Shown here one piece after another: positions 47,701-60,000 of a stretch of DNA of 64,000 nucleotides. A program made the translations under genes and the position numbers. Origin of the DNA: Azolla caroliniana (taxonomy: Eukaryota; Plantae; Polypodiophyta); NCBI GenBank assembly GCA_043228905.1, contig JBHGNT010000005.1:10044001-10108000 (forward strand), given 5' to 3'. How positions within the stretch are numbered: the stretch's first letter is position 1; the number at the start of each line of letters is the position of its first letter. The notes under the pieces are model-generated. The model saw only the letters and a list, made by a program, of their open reading frames with translations, searched no databases and was not told the DNA's origin.

Positions 47701-49626
47701 CAGCCCCATACATGGCTTCCACCCAGGCCATCTCCAACCCATCTTCGCTGGCACCTTCCATCTCTCCGGTCTTATGTTAGCACATAGACTCGACTGTCGG
47801 AGTCTCCGGAATCCGCGTGTAGGGCTCTTCTCCGCTCCCGACCTCCTCCTCGGCCGGTCTTTCTCTGCAAGTCGAGACGGCATCTTGCTCCACACCCTCT
47901 CCAGTAGTACCGTCGTACCATTCTTCGGCCTCTGCTTGGGCCATATCCGCCTTGTCCAGAAGGCCGACTAGCTCTGATCAGGTTTCCGGAATCCGTCCGC
48001 GTGCCGGATCTCTCTTCTTCGTCAACCATCGCCTTCAAAGCCTCGTACCTTACCGGACTAGGGCCTCCACATCGAGCTTCACTAATCCTTCTTGTTGCGT
48101 GCCCATCTCTTGCCGTGAGGACGCGCCATTGCGCATTACCTTCCCTTTACCTTTCGCGAACCGCTCCTCATCCAACCGTCGGCATACTGGTTTGACTTCT
48201 GACCAGTCCTCGGTAAGGCCATTCACTCCATCATCATCTTCAAGCTCAATTCTAATGGCCTTCCGTTCCACTTGTTCGATCGAACGAATGAACAACAAGA
48301 CTTTGTCCACCCCCACCAGACTTTGTTCCTGCTCCGAGAGTCGAGCAAGCCGCCGCTCAAACTCTTAAAACGCCTTCGTTGCACCCCGGTGGGTCTTCGT
48401 CGATGCAACCCATTGGTCGAAGTCATGTCGTCCCCGGCTCTTTGGCTGTCCTTTGTATGCCTGCAGGAGGGCCTATTTGAAGGCCTCCCATGAACTATGA
48501 GCTTCTCGGAGCTCCTTCACTTCCGCATGCATACGGACTGCGATGACCCGACAGAAAAACTCTAGCCTCAATGCCTCGTCTACGCCTCGCACCTCCATTT
48601 TTGCGTTGTAGGCTTTCAAGGAGAATGGGACTTTGTCCCCGTTGAAACGGCCGACTCTTTCGACCACTCGCTCAATAGCTTGTTGCGCCGCTTTTCATCT
48701 CAACGTCACTCGTCCGAACTCTATCACCACTTTTTCCAACCATCCCCGCAAAGTCTTCGTCTTCTGACTCCATCCTTCCTTGCCGCCCCTTCACGTCAGG
48801 TTCACCAAAGATGTCGCGGTAATCCACGCACGCGTGTTAGATCCGGGGCGGGATCACAGGGGTCTTGGACTAGAGAGAGACGGAGCATGGAAGGTCAAGT
48901 TTCACTGTTTCCTGTAACCAACCAGGACACCAACAAGAGCGTTTCCGGATACGTATTGGGAGCAACCGCATGAGAGAGGGAAAAGGGTGCGCACGCAACA
49001 CTAACTAGACACACACATCCTATGTACAAAAACCAGAAAGACGGAACTCCAAAGACACCGACACAAACACAAATGCACAGAACGTCACTATATATATACA
49101 AGAGCAAGATACAACTCCGGCCTTGAGCCGGGCCAAGGTAGGTTAAGTTAAAATAGCAGTTTGTTGCCAAGCCGCCGATCGGGGAGCTCTCGGGTTCGAC
49201 GCACCGAGCGGGGTCTTGCATAGGAAACAGAGCAGAAGCGAAAAACCCTTAGGACATACAAGCTCTTAACTAGACTAAACCCTAAACAGACACGAAGACT
49301 CAACCCACATGATGACAAAGAAGAAGACCTAGATGAAACCCTAAAGAAAGTAAGTAAGGAAGAAAGGAAGAAAGAAAGCAAGAAGAGAGAAGTTACCTTA
49401 CTTTAGACCTAAGTGGTATACCGTCCTAACCCAAAATGGGCAACCCCTTCACAAGAGACCCCTCCCTTCCTTTTATAGCCCAAGGAGGGAGGGACGTTAC
49501 AATGTGCGATAAATTCTCCCCCTTATTCTATACACCATTTTCCTGCTATACATGTGCACATGTTGCACATTGCCGACTTGCCCATTCCATCCCGGTTTCA
49601 CACCAAAGCTGGAAATCTTCACGACA
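44784..49626 (-). mobile_element. tRNA-Trp-primed gag-only non-autonomous LTR element
   Basis: LTRs 44784-45602 and 48812-49626; PBS 48790-48807 (one mismatch); PPT after 45602; TSD GCGT/ACGT; gag-like RFNGDKVPF..FFCRV, DKVLLFIRSI. Confidence 0.92.
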
Positions 49627-50939
49627 ACGTCATGGTAGTCGAGAGGGAGGCCAATACAGTTGAAAAGCGCAGGTATGGGTCATGGGGGCCCATTTGAATG
49701 ATCGAGAGGTGGTTCGGTTAGACCGACCCGGAAGGACAAAGGAGAGTCAGTGGCAGCCAAAAACCAGACGAAGCTAACAAGTGGCCAGCACGGAGAGATG
49801 ACGATTAGGCCAGAGCCCTAGTTGGGGTAATCAATACCAATGAAGCCTAGTTACCCATCTACATCCTCTCCGGTCTGAGACCACGGTAGGCCCACTTGAG
49901 CCGACCCGCAAGCCGCGGATTTCTGCGACATTATTTGGTGAACCCAACGTGAACATGCGGCAGGGGAGGACAAGGATGGAAGAACAAGACTTCGTGGAGG
50001 TAATGACAAGGATAGTGATGGACTTCAGAAGGGCGAAGCTGAAACGAGACGCAGTGCAGTATGCTGTCGAGTGCGTGGTCGTCCGACTTGGCCATTTCAA
50101 CGGGGATAGAGTCCCATTCTATTTGGAAGCCTACAATGCCGAGATGACGACGAGGGATGTAGATGAGGTAATGACAGTAGAGTACTTTTGTCAGGTGTTC
50201 TGAGAAGCTCACAGTTCATGGGAAGCCTTCGAAGAGGTAGTGTTGGAGGCATATGGCTACAAGAGACCGAAGGGACGAGATCGGCGCAAGTTCAACCAGT
50301 GGGTGGAACTGCAACATAAGCGTTCTTGGAGTTCGAACATCGTTTTGCTCAACTCTCAGAGCGGGAACAAAGACTGGTGGGGTTGGATAAGGTTCTCCTA
50401 TTTGTAATGTCGATCGACCGGAAGGAACAGATGGCCATCGGGTTCGAACTTAAAGACGAGGACGGTGCAAATGGCCTCACCAAGGACTGGACAAAAGTCG
50501 AGAGGGTATGCCGGAGGCTTGACGAGAAGCGGACCTCATCAGCAACGACATGGTCCGCCACTGATAGCCAGAGGGTGACATGTGACGGTGCGCCATCACA
50601 GCAGGAAGAGGGTGCACCACGGAACGATTTAGCGGTGCTCGACGTCGACGCCTTGATTAGAGAAGAGATCTTGAAGGCAAAGTTTGACGACGAGGAAAGG
50701 TCTGATACGTAGTCAGACTCGAGAGGACTAGAGGACGAGGTGGAAGTTGCCTCCTCCGGAGCGAACGATGGGTCCTACATGGAGGCAGAAGCACAGTACG
50801 TCGGTACCAAGGGGGAGGGTATGGAATGATCCACCCTCTCGTCTTGTGGAGGAAAGAATTCATAGGGTAAGGTCGGGAACTATGGAGCGGTGCAAACCAC
50901 TTCGGAAGTCGACAAATGTTTTGGGGGACGATAGTCCGG

Positions 50940-53900
50940 AGTTGAGAGATGAAACTCAACTTAGTTTAGTTAGTTAGTCAACCATGTAACTTTGTAGTTA
51001 CCTAGATAGAATCTAGTTAGAAGTGTTGACTATAACAACTTAAATAGGACCTTGTACTTAAGTAGGATATTCTAGATCCTCCACTCCCAAGGTCATTTCA
51101 TATAGGACTTACATGATTGTACATATATTCTCCTCACACATGTGCACCTTTGCACATGAGATCTATATTTACCTCATTGATGGTATTTTTGTATTTGATG
51201 ATGATAATGCTAATGTAATGTACTTACTCATCCCCCATCTTGTGTTGTTCATATGTGTATCTCTCTCTGTCTCTCTCTCTCTCCCTCTCCCTCTCTCTCT
51301 TCATATACTTACTAATGAAATGCTAGTGTAATGGTAAGGTTTCACATTATTAACATGGAGGTGTAAGGTTCGAATCTTGATATTTGAAGACGGTAATATA
51401 TCTTTCTTTCTTTCTCTCTCTCTCTCTCTCTCTCTTCCTCTCACACACATATCACTTAATCTTCCACCTATCAACTAATCACATAATTAGGTACTAATTA
51501 ATCCTTTCTTAAATAATCTCCTAATTCTTAACATGGTATTAGAGCGTGTGGTTTAGAAAATCCACTAAGCCCACCCAACTCCATGATTGTGTGTTCGAGA
51601 TGCCGACGACAAAATCCGGCTATCAGCTACCGTAGTGCCGCTACGTAGCACGTGTACGTCATTGAAGGAAGAAAAGCAAAAGAAGAGAAGATACAATCAA
51701 CATGAACACGCAAATGGGTATCTAGCTCCCTAGTGAAAAGCTAGATTGACGAAATTATTCATCTTGGGAGTACAAGATGACCCAATACCTTGTCGGCCAA
51801 GGGTATTGGAGCTACATTAATGGCGCTCAAGAAAATCGACCCGACTCAAAGAACGCCGACTACACAAAATGGGAGCAAGTGGCGAGTCAAGTCATGTAAT
51901 GCGTGGCAACATGTGTCCACGATCACATGCTTAGCCACATTCGAGACGCCAAGACGCCTAAAGAAGCGTGGGCAAACTTAAAGAAAATGTTCGCCGCCAA
52001 CACTACCGCCCGAAAGCTTCAACTCCGACAAGAGTTGAATAACATTCGACAAAAAGACATGTTCGTGTCAGACTACACCGCCAATATCAAGAGCATTTGC
52101 GACTCACTTGGCTCCATCAACATAAACGTCGATGAAGACGAGATGGTTCAAGTATGCTTAGGTGGCCTCGTACAACGATTCGATCCATTACGGATGGCAA
52201 TCTTGGTGAGAGAAAACCCTCCTTCATTCTTCGACCTCCAATCAATGCTATTTGTCGAAGAGAACCACATCCAAACCAAAAGCAAGACGTCAGAAGGACA
52301 AATGTTCTTCTCGATTTTGGACGGTGGCCGAGGAGGAGGTCACGGCAGTAGAGGAGGTCAATTCGACCCATCACACGAAGGGAACTCAAACCTTCACAGA
52401 AGTCATCGAGGAACCTTCGGAAGAAGGGGGAGCTTTGACACTGAATATAGTCGGCAAATGAGGCCCTTAACTTGCAACTATTGCAACAAATTCGGGCACC
52501 GCGAGGAGGATTGCCGAAAAAAAAGAAGTGAATCGGCTTCCACAAGTCGACAACACACGAATTATGTCATCAACTCCGAATACGATGATTACGGCGAACT
52601 ATTCGTAATGAGGCATAGAGCGAACTCTATGTCGGCCTCCAACTCCGCAAGTGCCTTCAACTCGGAAGACGTGTGGTTCGTCGATTCCGGTGCTTCACAT
52701 CACATGACATCTCACAAAGAGTGGTTTCGTGATTTACGAACGCCGGATCGATCCGGATTCATAGAGATGGGAGATGACACCACGCACGTTATTCGGCATA
52801 TCGGCAATGTCCAATTCGGGAAGGAAGGCGAGCAAACTTGCATCAAGAATGTCTTGCACGTGCCCACAATAACGAAGAATTTGGTCTCGGTTGGCCAAAT
52901 CGTGGAGCAAGGCATGCAAGTCCACTTCAACAAAGAAGGATGCTTCATCGAGAAAGATGGCCGACTCATAGCTAAGGGGCGGAGAGATGGTTGAATGTTC
53001 ATCCTTGATTCAAACGAGATGAAATCGGAAATGTACGCCAAAGGTCTCAAAACCGAGACAAGCATCGATTTGTGGCACAAGAGAATTGGCCACATAAACC
53101 TCCAACAACTACGATCGATGCAAACCAAGGGAGTCATCATCGGACTTCTGACATTCCAGTCGAAACGAATCGACCGAGTATGCGAAGCGTGTCAACTCGG
53201 CAAACAACATCGACTCCCATTCCTGAAGGAGAGCTCCACAAGCAAAGGCCTCCTCAACCTCGTACACTCGGATGTATGGGGACCGGCTCAAACGCTGACG
53301 ATCGGCAGATGCCGATATTACGTAACCTTCATCGACGACTACTCACGCTACGCGTGGATCTACCCGATGAAGAAGAAAAGTGAAGTGCTCTCCCACTTCC
53401 AAAAGCTCAAGGGGCAAGTCGAAAAAGAAATCGGTTGGCACATTCGATGCCTACGATCAAATGGAGGCAAGGAGTCTTCTCCGATGAATTCACCTCCTAC
53501 CTCCAAAGTGAAGGCATTCAAAGAGAATTCTCGTGCTGACACACCCCCCAACAAAATGGAGTTGCCGAAAGGAAAAATCGGCAAATACTCGAGGTAGCAC
53601 ATGCCATGATGCATGAGAAGCACATGCCGAATTTCTATTAGGCCAAAGCGGCATCCACGGCCGTCTATCTCATGAATCGGTGTACCACCAATGGAGTCCA
53701 TGAGCTAACTCCCTACGAGCTCCTTGTCGGAAGGCAGCTGATCCTGTCGCACCTCAAGGTGTTCGGAAGCATTATGAATGTACGCATCCCGAACAAAAGT
53801 CGACAGAAGCCCGACGCGAAGTCGGAGGAATGTATCCTCATAGGATACTCGTCCAAGAAAAAGCCATACAAGTGCTACAACCCTTCTACCCAAGCGGTTC

Positions 53901-54899
53901 GAGTAAGTCGAGACGTAGTCTTCGACGAGTCCGTATCCTGGTACGCACCAGAGACAACTACGACTCCGAGTCCGCTCGACTCGGAATCCGCCAAACAAGA
54001 GGTAGAAGATGGAGATCGCTTCGAACACATGTTTGAAGAAAGTCCGATTACGGCAAGGGCTAGTGGGCCACAAGAGCCCCCACGCGACCCACGGTGCTAG
54101 TACGAACTTGTACAAAGGCAAAGGTAAGATGCCCGAATACGAAGTCGACCACCCCGACGACAATGATTCGGATGGATCGGCTCCCTCACCCTCACTAGAC
54201 AGAGAGTTCGGTGTACCTATCATGCGGACACCCGGAGTAAAGAAGGCACTCACATCGGCGAGCGAAAAACTTCGACGATCATCTAGAGCTAAGAACCCCG
54301 TCACTCGGCACGGCTACAATGAGTACATGGCCCATCATTACGCCTTCGCGATGAAGGTAGTGGCCGAACAAGAGCCCAAGAGCTCCACCGAAGCAGCTCG
54401 TAACCCACAATGGGTGGAAGTAGTAGACCTTCACCCACGGACTACAAGCCTTCATCACCGGCTTGAGGGGGAGGAACCGAGATTGCTACGGCGAAGAAAG
54501 CCGAAGGCCGGACGGAAGCACACGAAGCCGACAAAAGCCAAAGCGGATGTTGGACGCCTTACACTTGAGCTTGAGGGGGCATGTTGAGAGATCAAGCTCA
54601 ACTTAGTTTAGTTAGTTAGTCAACCATGTAACTTCGTAGTTACCTAGATAGAATCTAGTTAGAAGTGTTGACTATAACGACTTAAATAGGACCTTGTACT
54701 TAAGTAGGATATTCTAGATCCTCCACTCCCAAGGTCATTTCATATAGGACTTACATGATTGTACCTATATTCTCCTCACACATGTGCACCTTTGCACATG
54801 AAATCTATATATACCTCATTGATGATATTTTTATATTTGATGATGATAATGCTAATTTAATATACTTACTCATCCCCCATCTTGTGTTGTTCATATGTG

Positions 54900-54957
<58 letters not shown>

Positions 54958-55062
54958 TCTCACACACATACACACACATATCACTTAATCTTCCACTTAT
55001 CAACTAATCACATAATTAGGTACTAATTAATCCTTGCTTAATTAATCTTCTAATTCTTAACA
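50940..55062 (+). mobile_element. Copia family A element lacking RT-RNase H
   Basis: LTRs about 50940-51533 and 54582-55062; PBS TGGTATTAGAGC 51534-51545; gag CNYCNKFGHREEDC, WFVDSGASHHM, LVHSDVWGP; PPT 54572-54581; candidate TSD ATAGT is offset at the 5' end. Confidence 0.92.
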
Positions 55063-56992
55063 ATAGTCAAAGCTTGCATCATCGAGGACGGAGACGCATA
55101 TGGAGATATACCCACGGACAACGATGTCAAGGCGGAGGTGGATATGGACGAGTCAATGGTGAGTGATGGTGTCGAGACTCTCCCCACACCGGTTCTAGAG
55201 ACTTCGGCGATTGCGCCAGTGTGCCAACATGAGACCGGAGAAGGTGGTGGCGGGAAAGCAGAGGACCGAAACGATGACAAGGACGACGAGGTGGGCAACA
55301 ACGGATGAAAGGATCCCTCCACACCAACTTTAGAGACTTTAGCGGTTGTGCCTGAGTGCCAACATGAGATTGAAGAAATGGGAGGTGGTGGCGAGGAGAC
55401 ATGGCCCGAGGCCAACATACGCAGAGGGAAGGAGGTGGCCGATGAGGAGGCCAAGGTCAAAGCTACGGTAGAACTCAATGAAGATACAGGAGGCAGCAAG
55501 AAAGGGAGGGTTGAGAGCCAATCCAACCACAAGACGATCTGGCCAGCAATCTAGCCCAGACGGACAATGATCAATCAAACCCGACCTGGATGAAATCTGA
55601 CTCGGACAATACCGATCAGTCAAACCCAATCCGGAAGGAAGCCGACCTAGCCAAGACCGATTGGCTGAGACCGATTCAGCCAAGGGACGATACGGACGAA
55701 AACTCACTAAATTGGAAGGCGATCGCCAAGACCGATCTGGACAGAAGTCGGGCTGGCCTAGTAAGTGGTCAAAGCGATCGAGCGGCGACATCCGATCAGG
55801 GCTGGTGACAGCAAGAAGGAGGCCAAGCGGGCACGACACTATGAGGAAGAAGACTAAGGTCGTGAAGAATCCTCCACACCTGACCTTGAGACTTCGCCAA
55901 TTGTGGATCAACGTAAGATTGGAGAGATGGAGGGTGGTGACGAGGAGTCGGAGGCCTAGGCGAACGAAGGTGCCAGAGGAGTTGAAAGGAGCGCTACAGT
56001 GGCCAATTGGATTAGAGAGGTGTTCCTCAGCACAAGACGACAATATCAAAGACTATGGAGGACACCAAAGCAGAGAATGCCGACATGGATGTGGGGATGG
56101 TGGTGTACTATACCATAAAAGGGTACCACGAGGAAGGATGAGACAAGTGTAATGTGATCACTTAAGGACCTAGGAACGAGCATGTATTCAAAGGAGATGG
56201 ACGTCGACGAGAAGCGAGCAAGGAAGGAAGAAGGACGGCATGCAAAAGTGCTTGGGTCAAAGGACGATCTGGTTGGAAGGGGTACCTATGAGGTGCATGA
56301 CAAATGGTATCTGGTATGCGATCGGAGTGGTCGGGAGTTCAATCGGAGGACATGCGTGGAGGACAAAGGAAGAGACATCGTTCGGGAATCCTGCTATGAC
56401 CGGTGGGGGAGGAATGTGTGAGCGCCGGATATGGTGGATCTAATGGAGCCCGTGGTTTAGCAACATACGTCGGATATGGTAGATCAAGTAGTGATGATGG
56501 TTCGGATGGAAGGGTTGGGCATGCTCGAAGCGGAGGAACAGAGACGACGCAAGTCAGGCATAGAAAGACAAGGGAGGTGAGCTCCCAAGAGAGGATGTGG
56601 ACAGCCCGAGAGCCAACGATTCAAAACCGGCAACGGTCGACATGGGAGTCGGGTGTCGATTCGCTAATGAAGATGGATTATCACCATTGCCGAAATCTCA
56701 CCTCTTCCCCTTTTTTGGCACATACCGAAGGATGTGCAGTTTGGTGGGAGTGGATGTCATGAAGATTTCTAGCAATGGTGGGAAAATCAAGTGGAGCGTG
56801 AAAGAACAGGGATATGCAACAACTGCACATGTACATTAGGGAAATGTACACAGGAATGAAAGGGAAATGTAAAGCGTGCTAAAGTGCTCAAACGAGTTAG
56901 TGAGGAATAAATTGATGTGTACATTAGGTGTACATTAGTGCACATGCACTAATGTACCTCTTCAATCACACCTAAAATCAAGGCAAGATATA

Positions 56993-57097
56993 AACCAAAC
57001 CATTGCATACTCCAAAACCATCACATTGGAAAAGAACATAGACTTATTCTTCCAATCCATTCTTCGATTCCCTGTCCTTGTCTACTTAATTTTGTTC
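56993..57097 (-). repeat. Left remnant of the tRNA-Trp array spacer
   Basis: Matches about 61951-62055 and 63173-63277; continues at 60810 across the TSD. Confidence 0.85.
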
Positions 57098-60000
57098 TGT
57101 TAAGTAATTAGGTAATTAACTAGGGTTAATTAGAGACTAATTATATGGTTACGTTAAGCAGCGGAAGATTAGTATGATATGCGCGTGAGAGTGTGTGAGA
57201 GGAAGAGAGAGAGAGTAAGTTACACTTATGAACACGAAGATAAATGGGGGATGATTGACTATATTGAAAAGTGTCATCAACTTACAAAAATACCCACAAT
57301 GAGGTATATATATACAACCCATGTGCAAAGGTGCACATGTGTGGGTAGAACATAGGTACTTATGTGTAAGTCCTACATTAAATGTACTAAGGAGTGGAGC
57401 ATCTAGAATATCCCACTTAAGTACAAGGTCCACGGTTGCGCGGTTCTCCGCGGCTTTGTTCTCCCCCTCAAGCCTGTGACGAAGGCTTGGATCCTCAGGC
57501 TCTTGATCGGCCACTACCTTCATCGCGAGGGCATAGTGATGGGCCATATACTCGTTGTAGGCGTAACGAGTGACTTGGGTCTTCGCTCGTGATGAGCGGA
57601 GGAGTTTCTCGTTTGTTGATGTGAGCGCCTTCTTTACTCCGGGTGTCCTCGTGATGGGTACACCGAAATCACTGTCTAGTGACCAAGCCGAGTCATCCGA
57701 ATCACGGTCGTCGGTGTGGACCTCGACATCGTATTCGGGCATCTTACCTTTTCCTTTGTCCGAAGTCGGACTTGGCCGCGACGTGTTTTCAACGCGTGGA
57801 GGCTCTTGTGGGCCAATTAGCTCGGTAGAGCTTGGATTGTCCTTCGGTGGAGGACTTGGCCGAGTTTCGTCGTTCGTGTTGGCGTTCAACTCTTCCTCGA
57901 TCGAGTCGGATGGTGTCGCATCGGGCTTATACCAAGATGCCAATTCGTCAAAAACGACGTCGCGACTTATCCGCACCGCTCGCGTCAAAGGGTTGAAGCA
58001 CTTGTACGCCTTTTTCGTGGACAAGTATCCTATGAGGATACATTCTTCTGACTTCGCGTCGGGCTTCTCTCGACTTTCGTTCGGGATGCGTACATTCGCA
58101 ATGCTTCCGAACACCTTGAGGTGTGAGAGGATGGGCTTTCTTCCAATGAAGATCTCGTATGGAGTAAGCTCATGCACGCTATTTGTGGTGCATCGATTCA
58201 TGAGATAGACGGCCGTGGATGCCACTTCCGCCCAATAGAAGTTCGGCATGTGCTTCTCACGCATCATGGCGCGTGCTACCTTGAGTATTTGCCGATTCTT
58301 TCTCTCGGCTACTCCGTTTTGTTGGGGAGTGTGTCGGCATGAGAATTCTCTACAAATGCCTTCACCTTGGAGGTAGGAGGTGAACTCGTCGGAGAAGTAC
58401 TCCTTTCCTCCGTCCGATCGTAGGCATCGAATGTGCCGACCGGTTTCTTTCTCCACTTGGCTTTTGAGCCTTTGAAAGTGGGAGAGCACTTCGCTCTTCT
58501 TCTTAATCGGGTATATCCACGCGTAGCACGAGTGGTCGTCGATGAAGGTGACGTAGTAGCGGCATCCGCCGAGCGTTGGCGTTTGAGCCGGTCCCCATAC
58601 ATCCGAGTGCATTACGTCAAGGAGACCTTTGCTTGCGGATCTCTCCTTTGGGAATGGGAGTCGATGTTGTTTGCCAAGTTGGCATGCTTCGCACACTCGG
58701 TCGACTCGTTTCAATTCGAATGCCGGAAGTCCGATTACGACTCCCTTTGATTGCATTCCACGAAGCCGTTGGAGGTTTACGTGGCCGATTCGCTTGTGCC
58801 ACAACTCGATGTTTGTCTCGGTCTTGAGACCATTGGTGTACATGGCCGATTTTACCTCATTCGAGTCGAGGATGAACAAGCGACCGTCTCTCCGTCCCTT
58901 GGCTATGAGTCGCCCGTCTTTCTCGATGAAGCAACCTTCATTGTTGAAGCGGACTTGCATGCCTTGCTCCACGATTTGGCCGACCGAGACCAAATTCTTT
59001 GTTATTGTGGGCACGTGCAAGACATTCTTGATGCAGGTTTGCTCGCCTTCTTTCCCGAATGGGACATCGCCGATGTGCCGAATGGGATGCGGAGTGTCGT
59101 CTCCGGTCTCTATGTAGCCGGGTCGATCCGGCGTTCGCAAGTCGCGAAACCACTCTTGGTGCGACGTCATGTGGTGTGAGGCACCATAGTCTACAAACCA
59201 CGTGTGTTCGGAGTTGGAGGTGCTTGCGGAGTTTGCGGGATCGGAGGCCATCATAGAGTTCGCTCTATGCCTCATCACGAAGAGTCCGCCGTAGTCCGCG
59301 TATTCCGCATTCACGGCGTAATTTGTGAGTTGCCGGCTTGTTGAGGCCGACTCGCTTCTTCTTTTTCGGCACTCCTCTTCACGATGGCCGATTTTGCCGC
59401 AATAGTTGCACGTAGGTGGCTTCATTCACCGACCTTGTTCGGCGTGGAAGCTCCCCCTTCTTGTGAAGGTTCCTCGATGGCTTCCGTTTCCTTGCCGAAA
59501 TTGTGAATTCCCTTCGTGGGATAGGTCGAATTGACCTCTTCCGCGTCGACCTCATCTATGGGCACCATCCGTATCGGAGAAGAGCATTTGTCCTTCCGAT
59601 GTGTTGGTCTTTGGTTGAACGTGGTTTTCTTCGACCAATAACATTGATTGGAGGTTGAAGAAGGAGGGAGGGGTATCTCTCGCCAAGATTGCCATTCTCA
59701 ACGGGTTGAATCGTTGTGCGAGGCCGCCCAAGCATACTTGCACCATCTCGTCCTCGTCGATGTTGACGTTGATGGAGCCAAGAGAGTCGCAAATGCTCTT
59801 GATCTTGGCGGTGTAGTCCGTCACAGACATTTCTTTTTGTCGTATGTTGTTCAACTCTTGCCGGAGTTGAAGCTTGCGCGCGGATGTGTCCGCGGCGAAA
59901 ATCTTCTTCAGATTTTCCCACGCCTCTTTGGGCATCTTGGCGTCACGAATGTGGCTAAGCATGTGGTTTTTTACACATGTTGCCAAGCAATACATTACCC

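Larger units (their letters stand above)
44018..56992 (+). mobile_element. tRNA-Trp-primed gag-only element with two nested insertions and a truncated 3' LTR
   Basis: 5' LTR 44018-44783 plus 49631-49930; PBS 49936-49953; gag-like about 49976-50712; PPT 56739-56754; 3' LTR starts at 56755 and breaks at about 56992. Confidence 0.82.

Noticed and set aside
46821-47780. 319-aa plus-strand ORF as a novel gene
   Set aside because: Antisense to the GC-rich interior of a retroelement, with no recognisable motifs; the homologous stretch near 27950-28200 shows no equivalent long ORF.
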